Source: an uncultured Janthinobacterium sp. (GTDB taxonomy: Bacteria > Pseudomonadota > Gammaproteobacteria > Burkholderiales > Burkholderiaceae_D). Taken from it: 61,658 nt of DNA. A model generated the notes under the pieces. That model searched no databases. It saw nothing but the letters and a program-made list of their open reading frames with translations, and was not told where the DNA came from. Below are positions 16,997 to 26,508 of the stretch, in pieces. Both the position numbers and the translations under genes were made by a program. Position 1 is the first letter of the stretch. Each line of letters begins with the position of its first letter. The stretch is from NCBI GenBank assembly GCA_963530105.1, contig CAUSDR010000001.1, positions 1 to 61,658 on the forward strand, written 5' to 3'.

Positions 16997-17968
16997 CTAG
17001 CGCGACTTGACGAACGGGATACCGATGGCTTTTGGCGCGATGGATTTCGCCATCAAGCCCGCCAGCACGATCACGGTCACCACGTATGGCACCATCTGGA
17101 TCAGCGAACCGGGGATGCGGCCCACGACCGGCAAGTCCACGCCTTCGATCTGGATCTGGATGGCGGCGAAAAAGCCGAACATCAGGCAGCCGAGGAAGGT
17201 ATAGACGGGGCGCCAGTTGCCGAAGACCATGGCCGTCAAGGCCAGGTAGCCGGCGCCGGCCGACATGTCGCGCAGGAAGAAGCCGCTTTGCACGATGGCC
17301 AGGTAGGCGCCCGAGAACGAGCACAGGATGCCGGCCACCAGCATGGCCATGTAGCGCGTCGCTTCCACGCTCACGCCGGCCGAGTCGGCCGCATGCGGAT
17401 TTTCGCCGCAGGCGCGCAGGCGCAGGCCGAAGCGCGTGTGGTACAGCAGCCAGTGCACGAGCGGAATCAGGAGGAACGCCACGTAGACGAGGATGGAATG
17501 GCCGCCGATCAGGTGGGCATACACCCAGCCGATGAAGGGAATGTGTTCCACGTACTGCGTGCCCGGCAAGACGACGTCAAACAGGCGCGCCGAACCGAGG
17601 TCGGGCGTGCGACCGCCTTGCTGGAAGAAGAATTGCGCCAGCACAAACGTCAAGCCGCTCATGGCGATGTTGATCGCCATGCCAGCCACCAGCTGGTTGC
17701 CTTTTTGCGTGATGCTGACATAGGCCTGCAGCAGGGCCAGGGCAACGCACACGAGCATGCCGGCGGCCATGCCGTAATACGGGTTTTGCGTCGTGTAGGC
17801 CACGGCGGCGGAAGCGAAGGCGCTGGCCAGGATCTTGCCTTCCAGGCCAATGTCGATCATGCCGCTGCGTTCGGCAAACAGGCCGGCCATGGCGGCGAAG
17901 ATCAGGACCGGCGCATTGCGCACGGTCGATACCAAGATGCTGGCGAAATGAAAGTCGTCGAGTGTCAT
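16997..17968 (-). CDS. Nucleoside ABC transporter permease (NupC-like)
   Basis: ERSGMIDIGLEG, RLRACGENP..ADSAG, GYLALTAMVFGNW; hydrophobic. Confidence 0.9.
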   Translation of the reverse strand: MTLDDFHFASILVSTVRNAPVLIFAAMAGLFAERSGMIDIGLEGKILASAFASAAVAYTTQNPYYGMAAGMLVCVALALLQAYVSITQKGNQLVAGMAINIAMSGLTFVLAQFFFQQGGRTPDLGSARLFDVVLPGTQYVEHIPFIGWVYAHLIGGHSILVYVAFLLIPLVHWLLYHTRFGLRLRACGENPHAADSAGVSVEATRYMAMLVAGILCSFSGAYLAIVQSGFFLRDMSAGAGYLALTAMVFGNWRPVYTFLGCLMFGFFAAIQIQIEGVDLPVVGRIPGSLIQMVPYVVTVIVLAGLMAKSIAPKAIGIPFVKSR

Positions 17969-17971
17969 GGT

Positions 17972-19051
17972 TTAGCCTTTGGTGCGCTTGAGCAGGGCGG
18001 AAATGGCCGGTGCGTAGAAGTTTTCCATCGCGCCGCAGAACAGGATGATCAAGCCCTGGATAAAGATGAAAGTTTCCGTCGGGATATTCGGTTTTTCCAG
18101 CGACAAGTCGAAGCCGCCCTGGATCAGCGCGCCGAACAGCACGGCCGACAGGAAGATGCCGACCGGATGCTGGCGGCCCATCAGGGCGATGGCGATGCCG
18201 ATGAAGCCGGCGCCGCCGACGAAGTTCAGCGACAGGTAATGCGTCGAGCCCATGATGGAATTGACGGAACCGAGGCCCGCCAGCGCGCCGGAAATCAGCA
18301 TGACGATGATGATCATCTTGCTGATCGACACGCCCGCATAGTGGGCCGCGTGCTTGTTCAAGCCCGTGGCGCGCAGCTTGAAGCCCCACGACGAGCGCCA
18401 CACCATCACGCCGTAGACCACCAGCGCGGCAATTGCCAACAGGAAACTGATGTTCAGCGGCGTGTCGCCCAGCGACGGGAACCAGGTGGACAGGCGCGGC
18501 ATTTCGCCGCTTTCCGCGAAGACGCGGCTGGCCGTGTTCTGCTCGCCTGGCGGAATCAGGTATTTGACGATCACGAAGTTCATCAGGCTGGCGGCGATGA
18601 AGTTGAACATGATGGTGGTGACGACGATATGGCTGCCGCGCTTGGCTTGCAGGTAGCCGGGCAAAAAGCCCCACAGCGCGCCGAACAGGGCCGCGCCGAT
18701 CATGGCCGCCGGAATCAAGAGCCAGGCGGGCAGGGTCTGGTCGAAGGCCAGCATGGCCACCGTCAGGCCCAGGCCGCCGATATACATCTGGCCTTCGGAA
18801 CCGATATTGAACAGGCCGGCCTGCATCGCCACCGAGACCGACAGGCCCGTGAAGATGAAGGTGCTGGCGTAGAACAGGGTGTAGCTCAGGCCTTCCGGAT
18901 TGAGGATGGCGCTGTTGACGAGGATGCCCAGCGATTCGGCCGGATCTTCGCCCAGCATATAAATCACCAGGGCTGCGACCAGCATGGCCGACAGCAGGTT
19001 TAACATGGGCATGACAAAGGCTGTCGCCCAGCGTGGCAAGTCGTTATTCAT
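17972..19051 (-). CDS. Nucleoside ABC transporter permease (NupB-like)
   Basis: GLFNIGSEGQ, LRATGLN..AHYAG, GFIGIAIALMG; hydrophobic. Confidence 0.9.
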   Translation of the reverse strand: MNNDLPRWATAFVMPMLNLLSAMLVAALVIYMLGEDPAESLGILVNSAILNPEGLSYTLFYASTFIFTGLSVSVAMQAGLFNIGSEGQMYIGGLGLTVAMLAFDQTLPAWLLIPAAMIGAALFGALWGFLPGYLQAKRGSHIVVTTIMFNFIAASLMNFVIVKYLIPPGEQNTASRVFAESGEMPRLSTWFPSLGDTPLNISFLLAIAALVVYGVMVWRSSWGFKLRATGLNKHAAHYAGVSISKMIIIVMLISGALAGLGSVNSIMGSTHYLSLNFVGGAGFIGIAIALMGRQHPVGIFLSAVLFGALIQGGFDLSLEKPNIPTETFIFIQGLIILFCGAMENFYAPAISALLKRTKG

Positions 19052-20601
19052 GATTTATGCATTCCCCCCATCAGCAGACCGATGCGGGTGGTATCGAATT
19101 CTTCAATTTTCAGTTCGCCGGTGATGCGTCCACCGCACATGACGAGAATGCGGTCGGCCAGCGCCCGCACTTCTTCCAGTTCGACCGACACCAGCAGGAT
19201 CGCCACGCCTGCGTCGCGCAGGGCCAGCAATTGCGTATGGATGCTTTCGATGGTGCCGATGTCGACGCCGCGCGTGGGCTGGCCCACCAGCATCAGTTTC
19301 GGCTGCGCCAGCACTTCGCGCGCGATCACTACCTTTTGCTGGTTACCGCCAGACAACAATCCGATGCGCAGGTCCGGATTGGCCGGGCGCACATCGAAGG
19401 TCTTCAGCAGTTCCGCGCAGCGCGCGCCGATGGCCTTGAAGTTGAACAGGCCCCAGCGGTTCTTCAGGCGGTCCTGGTAACCGAGGATGGTGTTCTGCAT
19501 GACGGAGAAATTCTTCACCACGCCATCGCGCAAGCGGTCTTCCGGGATGTGGGCGATGCCCAGTTCGCGGAACGCCAGCGGCAAGCCGTCGGCATCGTGG
19601 CGCTTGGCAAACGGCAAGTCCTTGTCCAGGAAGCGCAGCGTGCCGGACGTCGGCAAACGCATGCCCGAGAGAATTTCCAGCAGCTCGCTCTGGCCATTGC
19701 CCGAAACCCCCGCGATGGCGACGATCTCGCCGGCGCGCAGATTGAAACCGATATCGGCCAGCAATTTGACTTGCTGCTCGTCAGCCAGTTGCAAACCATC
19801 CACTTCCAGCACCGTGGCGCCCGGATTGTACGGTGCGCGCGGCAAGTGGCTCTGGATGGGGCGGCCGACCATCATGTTGGCCAGTTCCTCTTTCGAGGTG
19901 CCGGCCGTCGCCACGGCGCCCACCACCGTGCCGCCGCGCATGACGGTGACGTTGTCGGTGATTTCCAGGATCTCTTGCAGTTTGTGCGTGATCAAGATGA
20001 TGGTCTTGCCCTGTTCCTTGAACAGGCGCAGGATTTCAAACAGCGATGCCGTTTCCTGTGCCGTCAGCACGGCCGTCGGCTCGTCGAGGATCAGGATGTT
20101 GGCGCTGCGGTAAATCTGCTTGAGGATTTCCACGCGCTGCTGCGCGCCGACGGACAAGTCTTCGATCTTCGCCAGCGGGTCGACGTCGAGGCGGTAGCGC
20201 GCGCAAATTTCGCGCAGCTGGGCTTCCGCCTCGGCACGATGGCTGGCCAAACGAAAGCCGCCTTCCGTGCCCAGCATGATATTGTCGAGGACGGTGAAGT
20301 TCTCGACCAGCATGAAATGCTGGTGCACCATGCCAATGCCGAGGTTGATCGCCTCCTGGCTGTTGCGGATAGGCTGTACTTTTCCGTCGAGCAGGATTTC
20401 TCCGCCGTCGGCACGGTAGTATCCGTACAGGATGCTCATCAAGGTCGACTTGCCGGCGCCGTTTTCCCCCACCAGGCCATGGATACTGCCCTTGGCGATG
20501 GAGAAGCTGACGTCGGCGTTCGCCTTCACATGTCCAAATTGCTTGGAAATGCTGCGAAATTCTACTGCTGGCTGCATAGGTTCATAACTGGATAGTTTCA
20601 T
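19048..20601 (-). CDS. Nucleoside ABC transporter ATPase (tandem-domain, NupA-like)
   Basis: GENGAGKST, LILDEPT, LSGGNQQK and QPTRGVD motifs; alternative start at 20577. Confidence 0.93.
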   Translation of the reverse strand: MKLSSYEPMQPAVEFRSISKQFGHVKANADVSFSIAKGSIHGLVGENGAGKSTLMSILYGYYRADGGEILLDGKVQPIRNSQEAINLGIGMVHQHFMLVENFTVLDNIMLGTEGGFRLASHRAEAEAQLREICARYRLDVDPLAKIEDLSVGAQQRVEILKQIYRSANILILDEPTAVLTAQETASLFEILRLFKEQGKTIILITHKLQEILEITDNVTVMRGGTVVGAVATAGTSKEELANMMVGRPIQSHLPRAPYNPGATVLEVDGLQLADEQQVKLLADIGFNLRAGEIVAIAGVSGNGQSELLEILSGMRLPTSGTLRFLDKDLPFAKRHDADGLPLAFRELGIAHIPEDRLRDGVVKNFSVMQNTILGYQDRLKNRWGLFNFKAIGARCAELLKTFDVRPANPDLRIGLLSGGNQQKVVIAREVLAQPKLMLVGQPTRGVDIGTIESIHTQLLALRDAGVAILLVSVELEEVRALADRILVMCGGRITGELKIEEFDTTRIGLLMGGMHKS

Positions 20602-20658
20602 GGAAACGCGCCGCGCGGGGACTGGCCCCGGCGGCGCGCTAAAAGATACGGAGAAAAA

Positions 20659-21654
20659 TTAAACCGGGCAGCTGCTGCCGACGCGGTAATCGATCACTTT
20701 GATCTTGCCATCGATAATGTCCTTACGCGCACCCAACACGCGCTTTTCGATTTCCGGCGTGATCAGCTTGCGGTTGTTGGCGTCGAGCGCCCAGTCCACG
20801 CCGCCTTCTTTCAAGCCTTTATAGCTGACGCCGCCCTTCCAGGTGCCGTTCTTGACTTGCATGAAGCTGTCGTAGACCGTGTTGTCGACGCGCTTGACCA
20901 TCGAGGTCAGGATGCTGCCTGGATACAGGTGATTCTGGTTCGAATCGACGCCGATCGCCAGCTTGCCTTTTTCCTTGGCCATCTGCAGGGTACCCATGCC
21001 GCTGCCGCCGGCGACGGCGAAGACGACATCGACGCCGCGCTCGAATTGCGAGCGGGCCAGTTCGCCACCCTTGGCCGGATCATTCCAGGCGCCGGACGTG
21101 GTGCCGACCATGTTTTGCGTGATTTCCGCCTTCGTGTTGACGGCCTTGACGCCTTGCGCGTAGCCGCAGGCGAAGTTGCGGATCAGGGGAATATCGATGC
21201 CGCCGATGAAACCGACTTTCTTGCTCTTGCTGGCCATGGCCGCGGCCACGCCCACCAGGTAGGAGCCTTCTTCTTCCTTGAAGACGACGGAATTGACGTT
21301 GCTGCCGGCGGCCTGGCCGTCGATCAGCACGAATTTCACGTTCGGGAATTCCTTGGCGACTTTTTGCACGGCTTGCGTTTGCGCAAAGCCGATGGCGGCG
21401 ATCATGTCGAGTTTCTTGCGGGCCAGGCCACGCATGACTTGTTCAGCCTGCGTATCGCTCGATGCCTGCACTTCGATGAAGGAAATGCCCGTGTCTTTTT
21501 TGAAGCGCGAGGCGCCTTCGAAAGCGGATTGGTTGAACGACTTGTCGAACTTGCCGCCCGCGTCATACACGACACCCAGTTTTGGGGTAGCCGCGGACGC
21601 TTGAGCAGTCAGAAAAACGGCTGCGATCGTCAAACTAAATTGTGTAAGTTTCAT
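20659..21654 (-). CDS. BMP/PnrA-family nucleoside-binding protein
   Basis: Signal peptide; DKSFNQSA, FKEEEGSYLVG, AIGVDSNQ and TSMVKRVD motifs. Confidence 0.92.
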   Translation of the reverse strand: MKLTQFSLTIAAVFLTAQASAATPKLGVVYDAGGKFDKSFNQSAFEGASRFKKDTGISFIEVQASSDTQAEQVMRGLARKKLDMIAAIGFAQTQAVQKVAKEFPNVKFVLIDGQAAGSNVNSVVFKEEEGSYLVGVAAAMASKSKKVGFIGGIDIPLIRNFACGYAQGVKAVNTKAEITQNMVGTTSGAWNDPAKGGELARSQFERGVDVVFAVAGGSGMGTLQMAKEKGKLAIGVDSNQNHLYPGSILTSMVKRVDNTVYDSFMQVKNGTWKGGVSYKGLKEGGVDWALDANNRKLITPEIEKRVLGARKDIIDGKIKVIDYRVGSSCPV

Positions 21655-21968
21655 GAATTGGCTCCTGGAAGATCGATATTGTATATTTTTTATAGGTGAA
21701 ACATATAATTTGGGGCCGATTTAGCCTGTTTTTCATGCACGAGGTGATGGTTCCTTATCAACATTGCACCGTATTGCACAAGATCATGCACAAGATCATT
21801 GCTGACCTTGTATGCTTTTGTGTCTACAGTGTGATGCTCATGCAACAGTTGAGCCCCGTCTCTTTTATAGTTACAACATCGAATGGGGCGGCCGGAGCGG
21901 GCAGGGATGCGCCGTCGTCAGGACGGGCAAGGCAAGCACGGGACCGGCGCCGCGATGGGCGTCCGAAT

Positions 21969-22040
21969 CACTATGCATCATGCCAGATATGTATGACAAA
22001 TACGTTTTTGTTTAACTATTTATATGAAAGCCATATAAAT
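21969..22040 (-). promoter_or_regulatory. LysR (XapR?) box plus promoter of the nucleoside ABC operon (copy 2 of 3)
   Basis: Minus strand reads ATTTATA-TGGCTTTCA-TATAAAT-N14-GTATTTGTCATACATAT-N6-TGATGCATAGTG. Confidence 0.85.
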
Positions 22041-22046
22041 AACTTG

Positions 22047-22949
22047 TCAAGCCGCAGGGGGATTCAGGATATTCAAAAACGCCCGCACCACGGGCGCATC
22101 GTCGAGCGTGGTGTAACTGATATATAGATTCGCCGACGGCGGATTGGTCTTGATGGGCAGGAACACGACGCCGGGCCAGCCGATGCGGCTCGTCGTTTCC
22201 GGCACCAGGGTCACGCCCAGTCCGGCACCCACCATGGCCAGCAAGGTTTGCGGCTCGCTTGCTTCCTGGAAAATCACCGGTTCGAAACCGGCATTGATGC
22301 AACACTGCACCAGGTAGCGGGGGAACGCGGATTTATCCAGGTTGAGCGTGAGCATGGGCTCGTGGGCGATGTCGATCAGCTCGATGGCCGTGTTTTTCGC
22401 CAGCGGATGGTGTTCGTTGACGGCCACGCAGACGTTTTCGCGGAAGCACAGTTCCTGGCGCAGGTTGTCATGGCGCAAATCGTCGTCGTTGAGCTTGGGC
22501 TCGCGCCAGAAGCCCACGTCGATCTGCTTGGCGCGCAAGGCTTCGTATTGCACCGTGGGACCGAATTCATGGATGGTCCAGGTGACGCGGGGGAACTTGG
22601 TCTGGAATTCTTCCAGCAGGCTGGGAATGGGGCCCCACATGGCCGAACCGACGATGCCCACGCGCAAGCGGCCCACTTCGCCGCGGTCGATCTGGCGGAT
22701 GGTATCGATGGTCATGCGCATCTTGGCCAGCAAGTCGGCTGCCTCGTTCATCAGCGCCTTGCCCGCCACGGTCAGCTCGAAGGTGCGCGTGGTGCGCGCG
22801 AACAGGCGTACGCCCAGTTCGCTTTCCAGTTTCATGATCTGCTGGCTCAAGGGCGGCTGCGAGATATGCAGGCGCTCGGCGGCGCGGCTGAAGCTTTTCT
22901 CCTCGGCAACGGCAAGAAAATACTTTAACTGTTTCAGATCGATGGACAT
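22047..22949 (-). CDS. xapR: LysR regulator, XapR-like
   Basis: LysR HTH; GRLRVGIVGSAMWG and DVGFWR resemble recalled E. coli XapR (GRIELGVVGTAMWG, DAGIWR); xapA is nearby. Confidence 0.8.
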   Translation of the reverse strand: MSIDLKQLKYFLAVAEEKSFSRAAERLHISQPPLSQQIMKLESELGVRLFARTTRTFELTVAGKALMNEAADLLAKMRMTIDTIRQIDRGEVGRLRVGIVGSAMWGPIPSLLEEFQTKFPRVTWTIHEFGPTVQYEALRAKQIDVGFWREPKLNDDDLRHDNLRQELCFRENVCVAVNEHHPLAKNTAIELIDIAHEPMLTLNLDKSAFPRYLVQCCINAGFEPVIFQEASEPQTLLAMVGAGLGVTLVPETTSRIGWPGVVFLPIKTNPPSANLYISYTTLDDAPVVRAFLNILNPPAA

Positions 22950-23034
22950 GCTTTCCTTGGCGTTGCGTGGTGCTTGGCGATGGAACGGCGCGCGGACCGG
23001 TGAAGGCGCGCGCGCTTTCTTTACAGCAGTCGTA

Positions 23035-23976
23035 TTATCGTGCCACCACTGCCTGCATGGCAATGGCCAGCGCCGTGCCGACTTGTGCATTGTGCTTGAC
23101 GAGGGCGATATTCGTCGCCAGGCTGCGGCCATCCGTCAGCTGCTTGATGCGCGACAGCAGGAATGGCGTGACTTGCTTGCCTTTCACGCCGCCCGCGTCC
23201 GCTTCCTGCAGCGCCTGCGTGGTGATCGCATCGATCTCTTCCTTCGGCATGGCTTGCGCGGCTGGCACGGGGTTGCTGACGACCACGCCGCCTTTCAAGC
23301 CCAGCTGCCATTTGGTGCCGATGAAGGCCGCCTGTTCGGCTGGCGTATCGAGGCGGAAATCGGCCTTGAAGCCGCTTTCGCGCGTGAAGAAGGCGGGAAA
23401 GCCTTCCTGGCCCACGCTGATGACGGGCACGCCGTGCGTTTCCAGGTATTCCAGCGTCAGGCCGATGTCGAGGATGGATTTCACGCCGGCGCAGACGACG
23501 GCCACCGAGGTGTGCGCCAATTCCTGCAAGTCGGCGGAAATGTCGAAGCTGGTTTCCGCGCCGCGGTGCACGCCGCCGATGCCGCCCGTGACGAACACGG
23601 CGATGCCCGCCAGTTCCGCGCAGATCATGGTGGCGGCCACGGTGGTGGCGCCCAGCTTGCCTTGCGACAGCACGAACGGCAAGTCGCGGCGGCTGACCTT
23701 CATGGCGTCGGGCGAGGTGCCCAGCAGTTCCAGCTGCTCGGGCGACAGGCCCACGCAAATCTTGCCGTCGATGATGGCGATGGTGGCCGGCACGGCGCCG
23801 CCGTCACGGATGATCTGTTCCACTTCGCGTGCCATTTCCACGTTTTGCGGATATGGCATGCCGTGCGAAATGATGGTCGATTCCAGCGCCACGATGGCCT
23901 TGCCGGCGGCGCGCGCGTCGAGGACTTCTTGCGAGAACGAGAGGAAGTTGGCGAGTTGAGTAGTGCGTTGTGTCAT
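23035..23976 (-). CDS. psuG: Pseudouridine-5'-phosphate glycosidase
   Basis: [39 protein letters not shown] and VTPFLL motifs. Confidence 0.96.
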   Translation of the reverse strand: MTQRTTQLANFLSFSQEVLDARAAGKAIVALESTIISHGMPYPQNVEMAREVEQIIRDGGAVPATIAIIDGKICVGLSPEQLELLGTSPDAMKVSRRDLPFVLSQGKLGATTVAATMICAELAGIAVFVTGGIGGVHRGAETSFDISADLQELAHTSVAVVCAGVKSILDIGLTLEYLETHGVPVISVGQEGFPAFFTRESGFKADFRLDTPAEQAAFIGTKWQLGLKGGVVVSNPVPAAQAMPKEEIDAITTQALQEADAGGVKGKQVTPFLLSRIKQLTDGRSLATNIALVKHNAQVGTALAIAMQAVVAR

Positions 23977-23979
23977 GGT

Positions 23980-25149
23980 TCAGTCCTGTTGAAAGAGGGT
24001 AGGAGGGAGCGGTGCCAGGTCGGCGTCGTCGATATCGTCGAGCGCGCCGGCGGAAATCAGGGGCGAGACGGTGGCGGCCGATTCCAGGGTCATGGCGGCC
24101 AGTTTCAGGCCGCGCCGGCAAGCCAGTTTCAAGTCGCTGCTGTCGTGGTACAGCGACCAGCAGACGGCGGCGGAAAACGCGTCGCCGGCGCCCGTCACGT
24201 CGACGGCGTCCACTTCGCGCGCGGCCAGGTGCTCGATCGGCGCCTCCGGCGTGTCGCCATCGGTGAAGTACACGCCTTCGCCGCCGCAGGTGACGATCAC
24301 CTGGCGCGCGCCCTGGCGCTGCACCTCGCGGCAGGCGGCGCGCACGTCAAACGCCGTGGGCAGGGCGCGCGCCACGCGCGTTTCCAGCTCGCCGCGGTTG
24401 AGGATCAGCAGGCGCAGGCCCGTCAGGTCTTGCGGCAAGTGCGCCATCTTTGGCTGCGAGACGGCGATGATGACCAGTGGCGCCACCTGGCTGCTGCCCG
24501 GGCTGGCGTCCTGGCGCGCATCGGCCAGCAGGGCTTGCACGCTGTCGTGGCCCAGGTTCAGGTCGCACACGGTGAGGGCGGCGGCCGCGCGCTGCGGCTG
24601 GCGGCTGTGCAGAAAGGCGGGCGTCAGCTGTTCGTACAGTTGCATGTTGGCCATCGCCAGCAGCATTTCGCCATGCTCGTCGAGTACGGCGGTGTAGGTG
24701 CCGCTGCTGGTATTGCTCAAATGCAAGCTGCCGCGCATGTCGATGCCGGCCTCTTCCGCATGGGTTTGCAGGGCATGGCCGGCCGCGTCATCGCCCAGCG
24801 CCGTCAGCAAGGCGACGGGCAGCGACAGGCGGGCCAGGTTTTCCGCGATATTGCGGCCCACGCCGCCAAACACCTCTTCCGAGCGCACGGGATTGGATGT
24901 ACCCATCTGCAAAGTGGAGAGGGTGCGCATCTTGCGGTCCAGGTTGGCGGCGCCGATGCACAGCACGGGGCGGCTGTCGGGCAGCACATAGGCGCGACCC
25001 AGCAGGCGGCGTTCACGGATCAGTCCGGCGATATGGCCGGCGACGGCCGAGCGCGACAAGCCCAGTTCGCTCGCCAGTTCCTGCTGCGAGATGAAGGGGT
25101 TGTTGCGGATCAGCGTATATAACTGGTCTTTTTTATTGGTATCGGTCAC
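23980..25149 (-). CDS. psuK: HTH-fused PfkB kinase, probable pseudouridine kinase
   Basis: N-terminal HTH (NPFISQQELA..LSRSAVAGHI), GGVGRNIAENL and DVTGAGDAF; adjacent to psuG; start uncertain (GTG 25149 chosen). Confidence 0.85.
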   Translation of the reverse strand: MTDTNKKDQLYTLIRNNPFISQQELASELGLSRSAVAGHIAGLIRERRLLGRAYVLPDSRPVLCIGAANLDRKMRTLSTLQMGTSNPVRSEEVFGGVGRNIAENLARLSLPVALLTALGDDAAGHALQTHAEEAGIDMRGSLHLSNTSSGTYTAVLDEHGEMLLAMANMQLYEQLTPAFLHSRQPQRAAAALTVCDLNLGHDSVQALLADARQDASPGSSQVAPLVIIAVSQPKMAHLPQDLTGLRLLILNRGELETRVARALPTAFDVRAACREVQRQGARQVIVTCGGEGVYFTDGDTPEAPIEHLAAREVDAVDVTGAGDAFSAAVCWSLYHDSSDLKLACRRGLKLAAMTLESAATVSPLISAGALDDIDDADLAPLPPTLFQQD

Positions 25150-25167
25150 AAGGTTTTCGCTGAGGGT

Positions 25168-25200
25168 TAAACATTTGTTTGTGACTGTAAACATTTGTCT
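25168..25200. promoter_or_regulatory. Tandem palindromic operator candidate upstream of psuK
   Basis: TAAACATTTGTTT and TAAACATTTGTCT, 20-bp period; core AAACA-TT-TGTTT is palindromic. Confidence 0.6.
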
Positions 25201-25344
25201 TCGGCGTGTCAAGTTCGTCTCGCGTCCGTGTCAGGCGCGCGCGGCGTCTTCGGCGCGGGGCGTGGAATCCATACATTTTCCGGGCATTGCAGCGCAAAGG
25301 CTGCCTCTGGCAGGCAAGGGCTTGCCTGGACTATAATATCGGCC

Positions 25345-25416
25345 ATTTATATTTGAATTGTATAAATGGGCAAGAAAAATGGTATTTGCCATACATATTC
25401 CGTTTGATGCATAGTG
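25345..25416 (+). promoter_or_regulatory. LysR (XapR?) box plus promoter of the xapA-deo operon (copy 3 of 3)
   Basis: ATTTATA-TTTGAATTG-TATAAAT-N14-GTATTTGCCATACATAT-N6-TGATGCATAGTG; aligns without gaps to copy 2. Confidence 0.85.
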
Positions 25417-25548
25417 GCGGCAAATAGAGTTAATACGCATTTGGATATACCCGTAACACCCTGCATACCCGATACCTGGGCCGTGGTCCTTCACCGGACA
25501 GCGCCGCGCAGGCAGCAACCATCATCATTAGTCAATCAGAGGATAACC

Positions 25549-26388
25549 ATGTCGAACAACGCCCCTTTCCACGCCGCCGAAATCATCCGTGCCCGCGCCC
25601 CTGAAAATTTCAAGCCGCGCGTGGCGATGATCCTCGGTTCCGGCCTGGGCGTGTTGGCCGAGCAGATGACGGACGCCGTCAGCATCAGCTTTGACGAATT
25701 GCCGGGCTTCCCGATCAGCACCGTGCATGGCCATGCGGGCGAACTGGTGGTCGGCACCCTGTCGGGCGTCGCCGTCGTCTGCATGAAGGGCCGCGGCCAC
25801 TTTTACGAAGGCTATGGCATGGGCGTGATGACGAGCGCCATCCGCACCCTGAAACTGCTGGGTTGCGAAATGCTGTTCGTTACCAACGCCGCCGGTTCGC
25901 TGCGCCCTGAAGTGGACGCGGGCAGCCTGGTCGCCATCAGCGACCATATCAACCTGCTGCCAGGCACGCCGATGGTCGGCCCGAACGACGACCGCTTCGG
26001 CCCGCGCTTCTTCAGCATGGCCAACGCCTACGATGCGGACTTGCGCAACCTGGTCAAAGAAACGGCCGCCTCGAACGGCATCACCCTGCACGAAGGCGTG
26101 TTCGTCGCCTACCCTGGCCCGAACTTCGAGACGGCCGCCGAAATCCGCATGATGGCCCGCCTGGGCGCCGACACGGTCGGCATGTCGGTGGTGCCGGAAG
26201 TGGTGTCGGCGCGTCATTGCGACCTGAAGGTGGTGGGCGTGTCCGTCATCACCAACCTGGCCGAAGGCATGTCGCCATTCGCCCTGTCGCACGAACAAAC
26301 CCTGAAGTACGCGGCCATCGGCGCGAAAGACCTGGTCAAGCTGATCCTGGCTTTCCTGGCGACCGTCTCGGCCACGCCGCAAGCCTAA
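25549..26388 (+). CDS. xapA: Xanthosine phosphorylase (PNP II)
   Basis: ILGSGLG, STVHGHAGEL, MKGRGHFYEG, YPGPNFETAAEIRM and GMSVVPEV closely match recalled E. coli XapA. Confidence 0.9.
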   Translation: MSNNAPFHAAEIIRARAPENFKPRVAMILGSGLGVLAEQMTDAVSISFDELPGFPISTVHGHAGELVVGTLSGVAVVCMKGRGHFYEGYGMGVMTSAIRTLKLLGCEMLFVTNAAGSLRPEVDAGSLVAISDHINLLPGTPMVGPNDDRFGPRFFSMANAYDADLRNLVKETAASNGITLHEGVFVAYPGPNFETAAEIRMMARLGADTVGMSVVPEVVSARHCDLKVVGVSVITNLAEGMSPFALSHEQTLKYAAIGAKDLVKLILAFLATVSATPQA

Positions 26389-26508
26389 GCCCCCTTCTTG
26401 ACGCAGCAGCGGCGCGCCAATCACGGGCGCTGCCGCGCGGCAGGCCGGGAAAATCCGGCCTACACTGACCGCATCATCTTTGCATCACTCCATAAAGCGA
26501 GCCTTATC

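Noticed and set aside
20607..20638. Hairpin between BMP and ATPase genes (similar ones at 6402-6430 and 31071-31116)
   Set aside because: Ordinary intercistronic stems with no further signal.
21696..22127. 143-aa plus-strand ORF in the BMP-xapR gap
   Set aside because: Overlaps the promoter and the xapR 3' end, atypical composition, no motifs.
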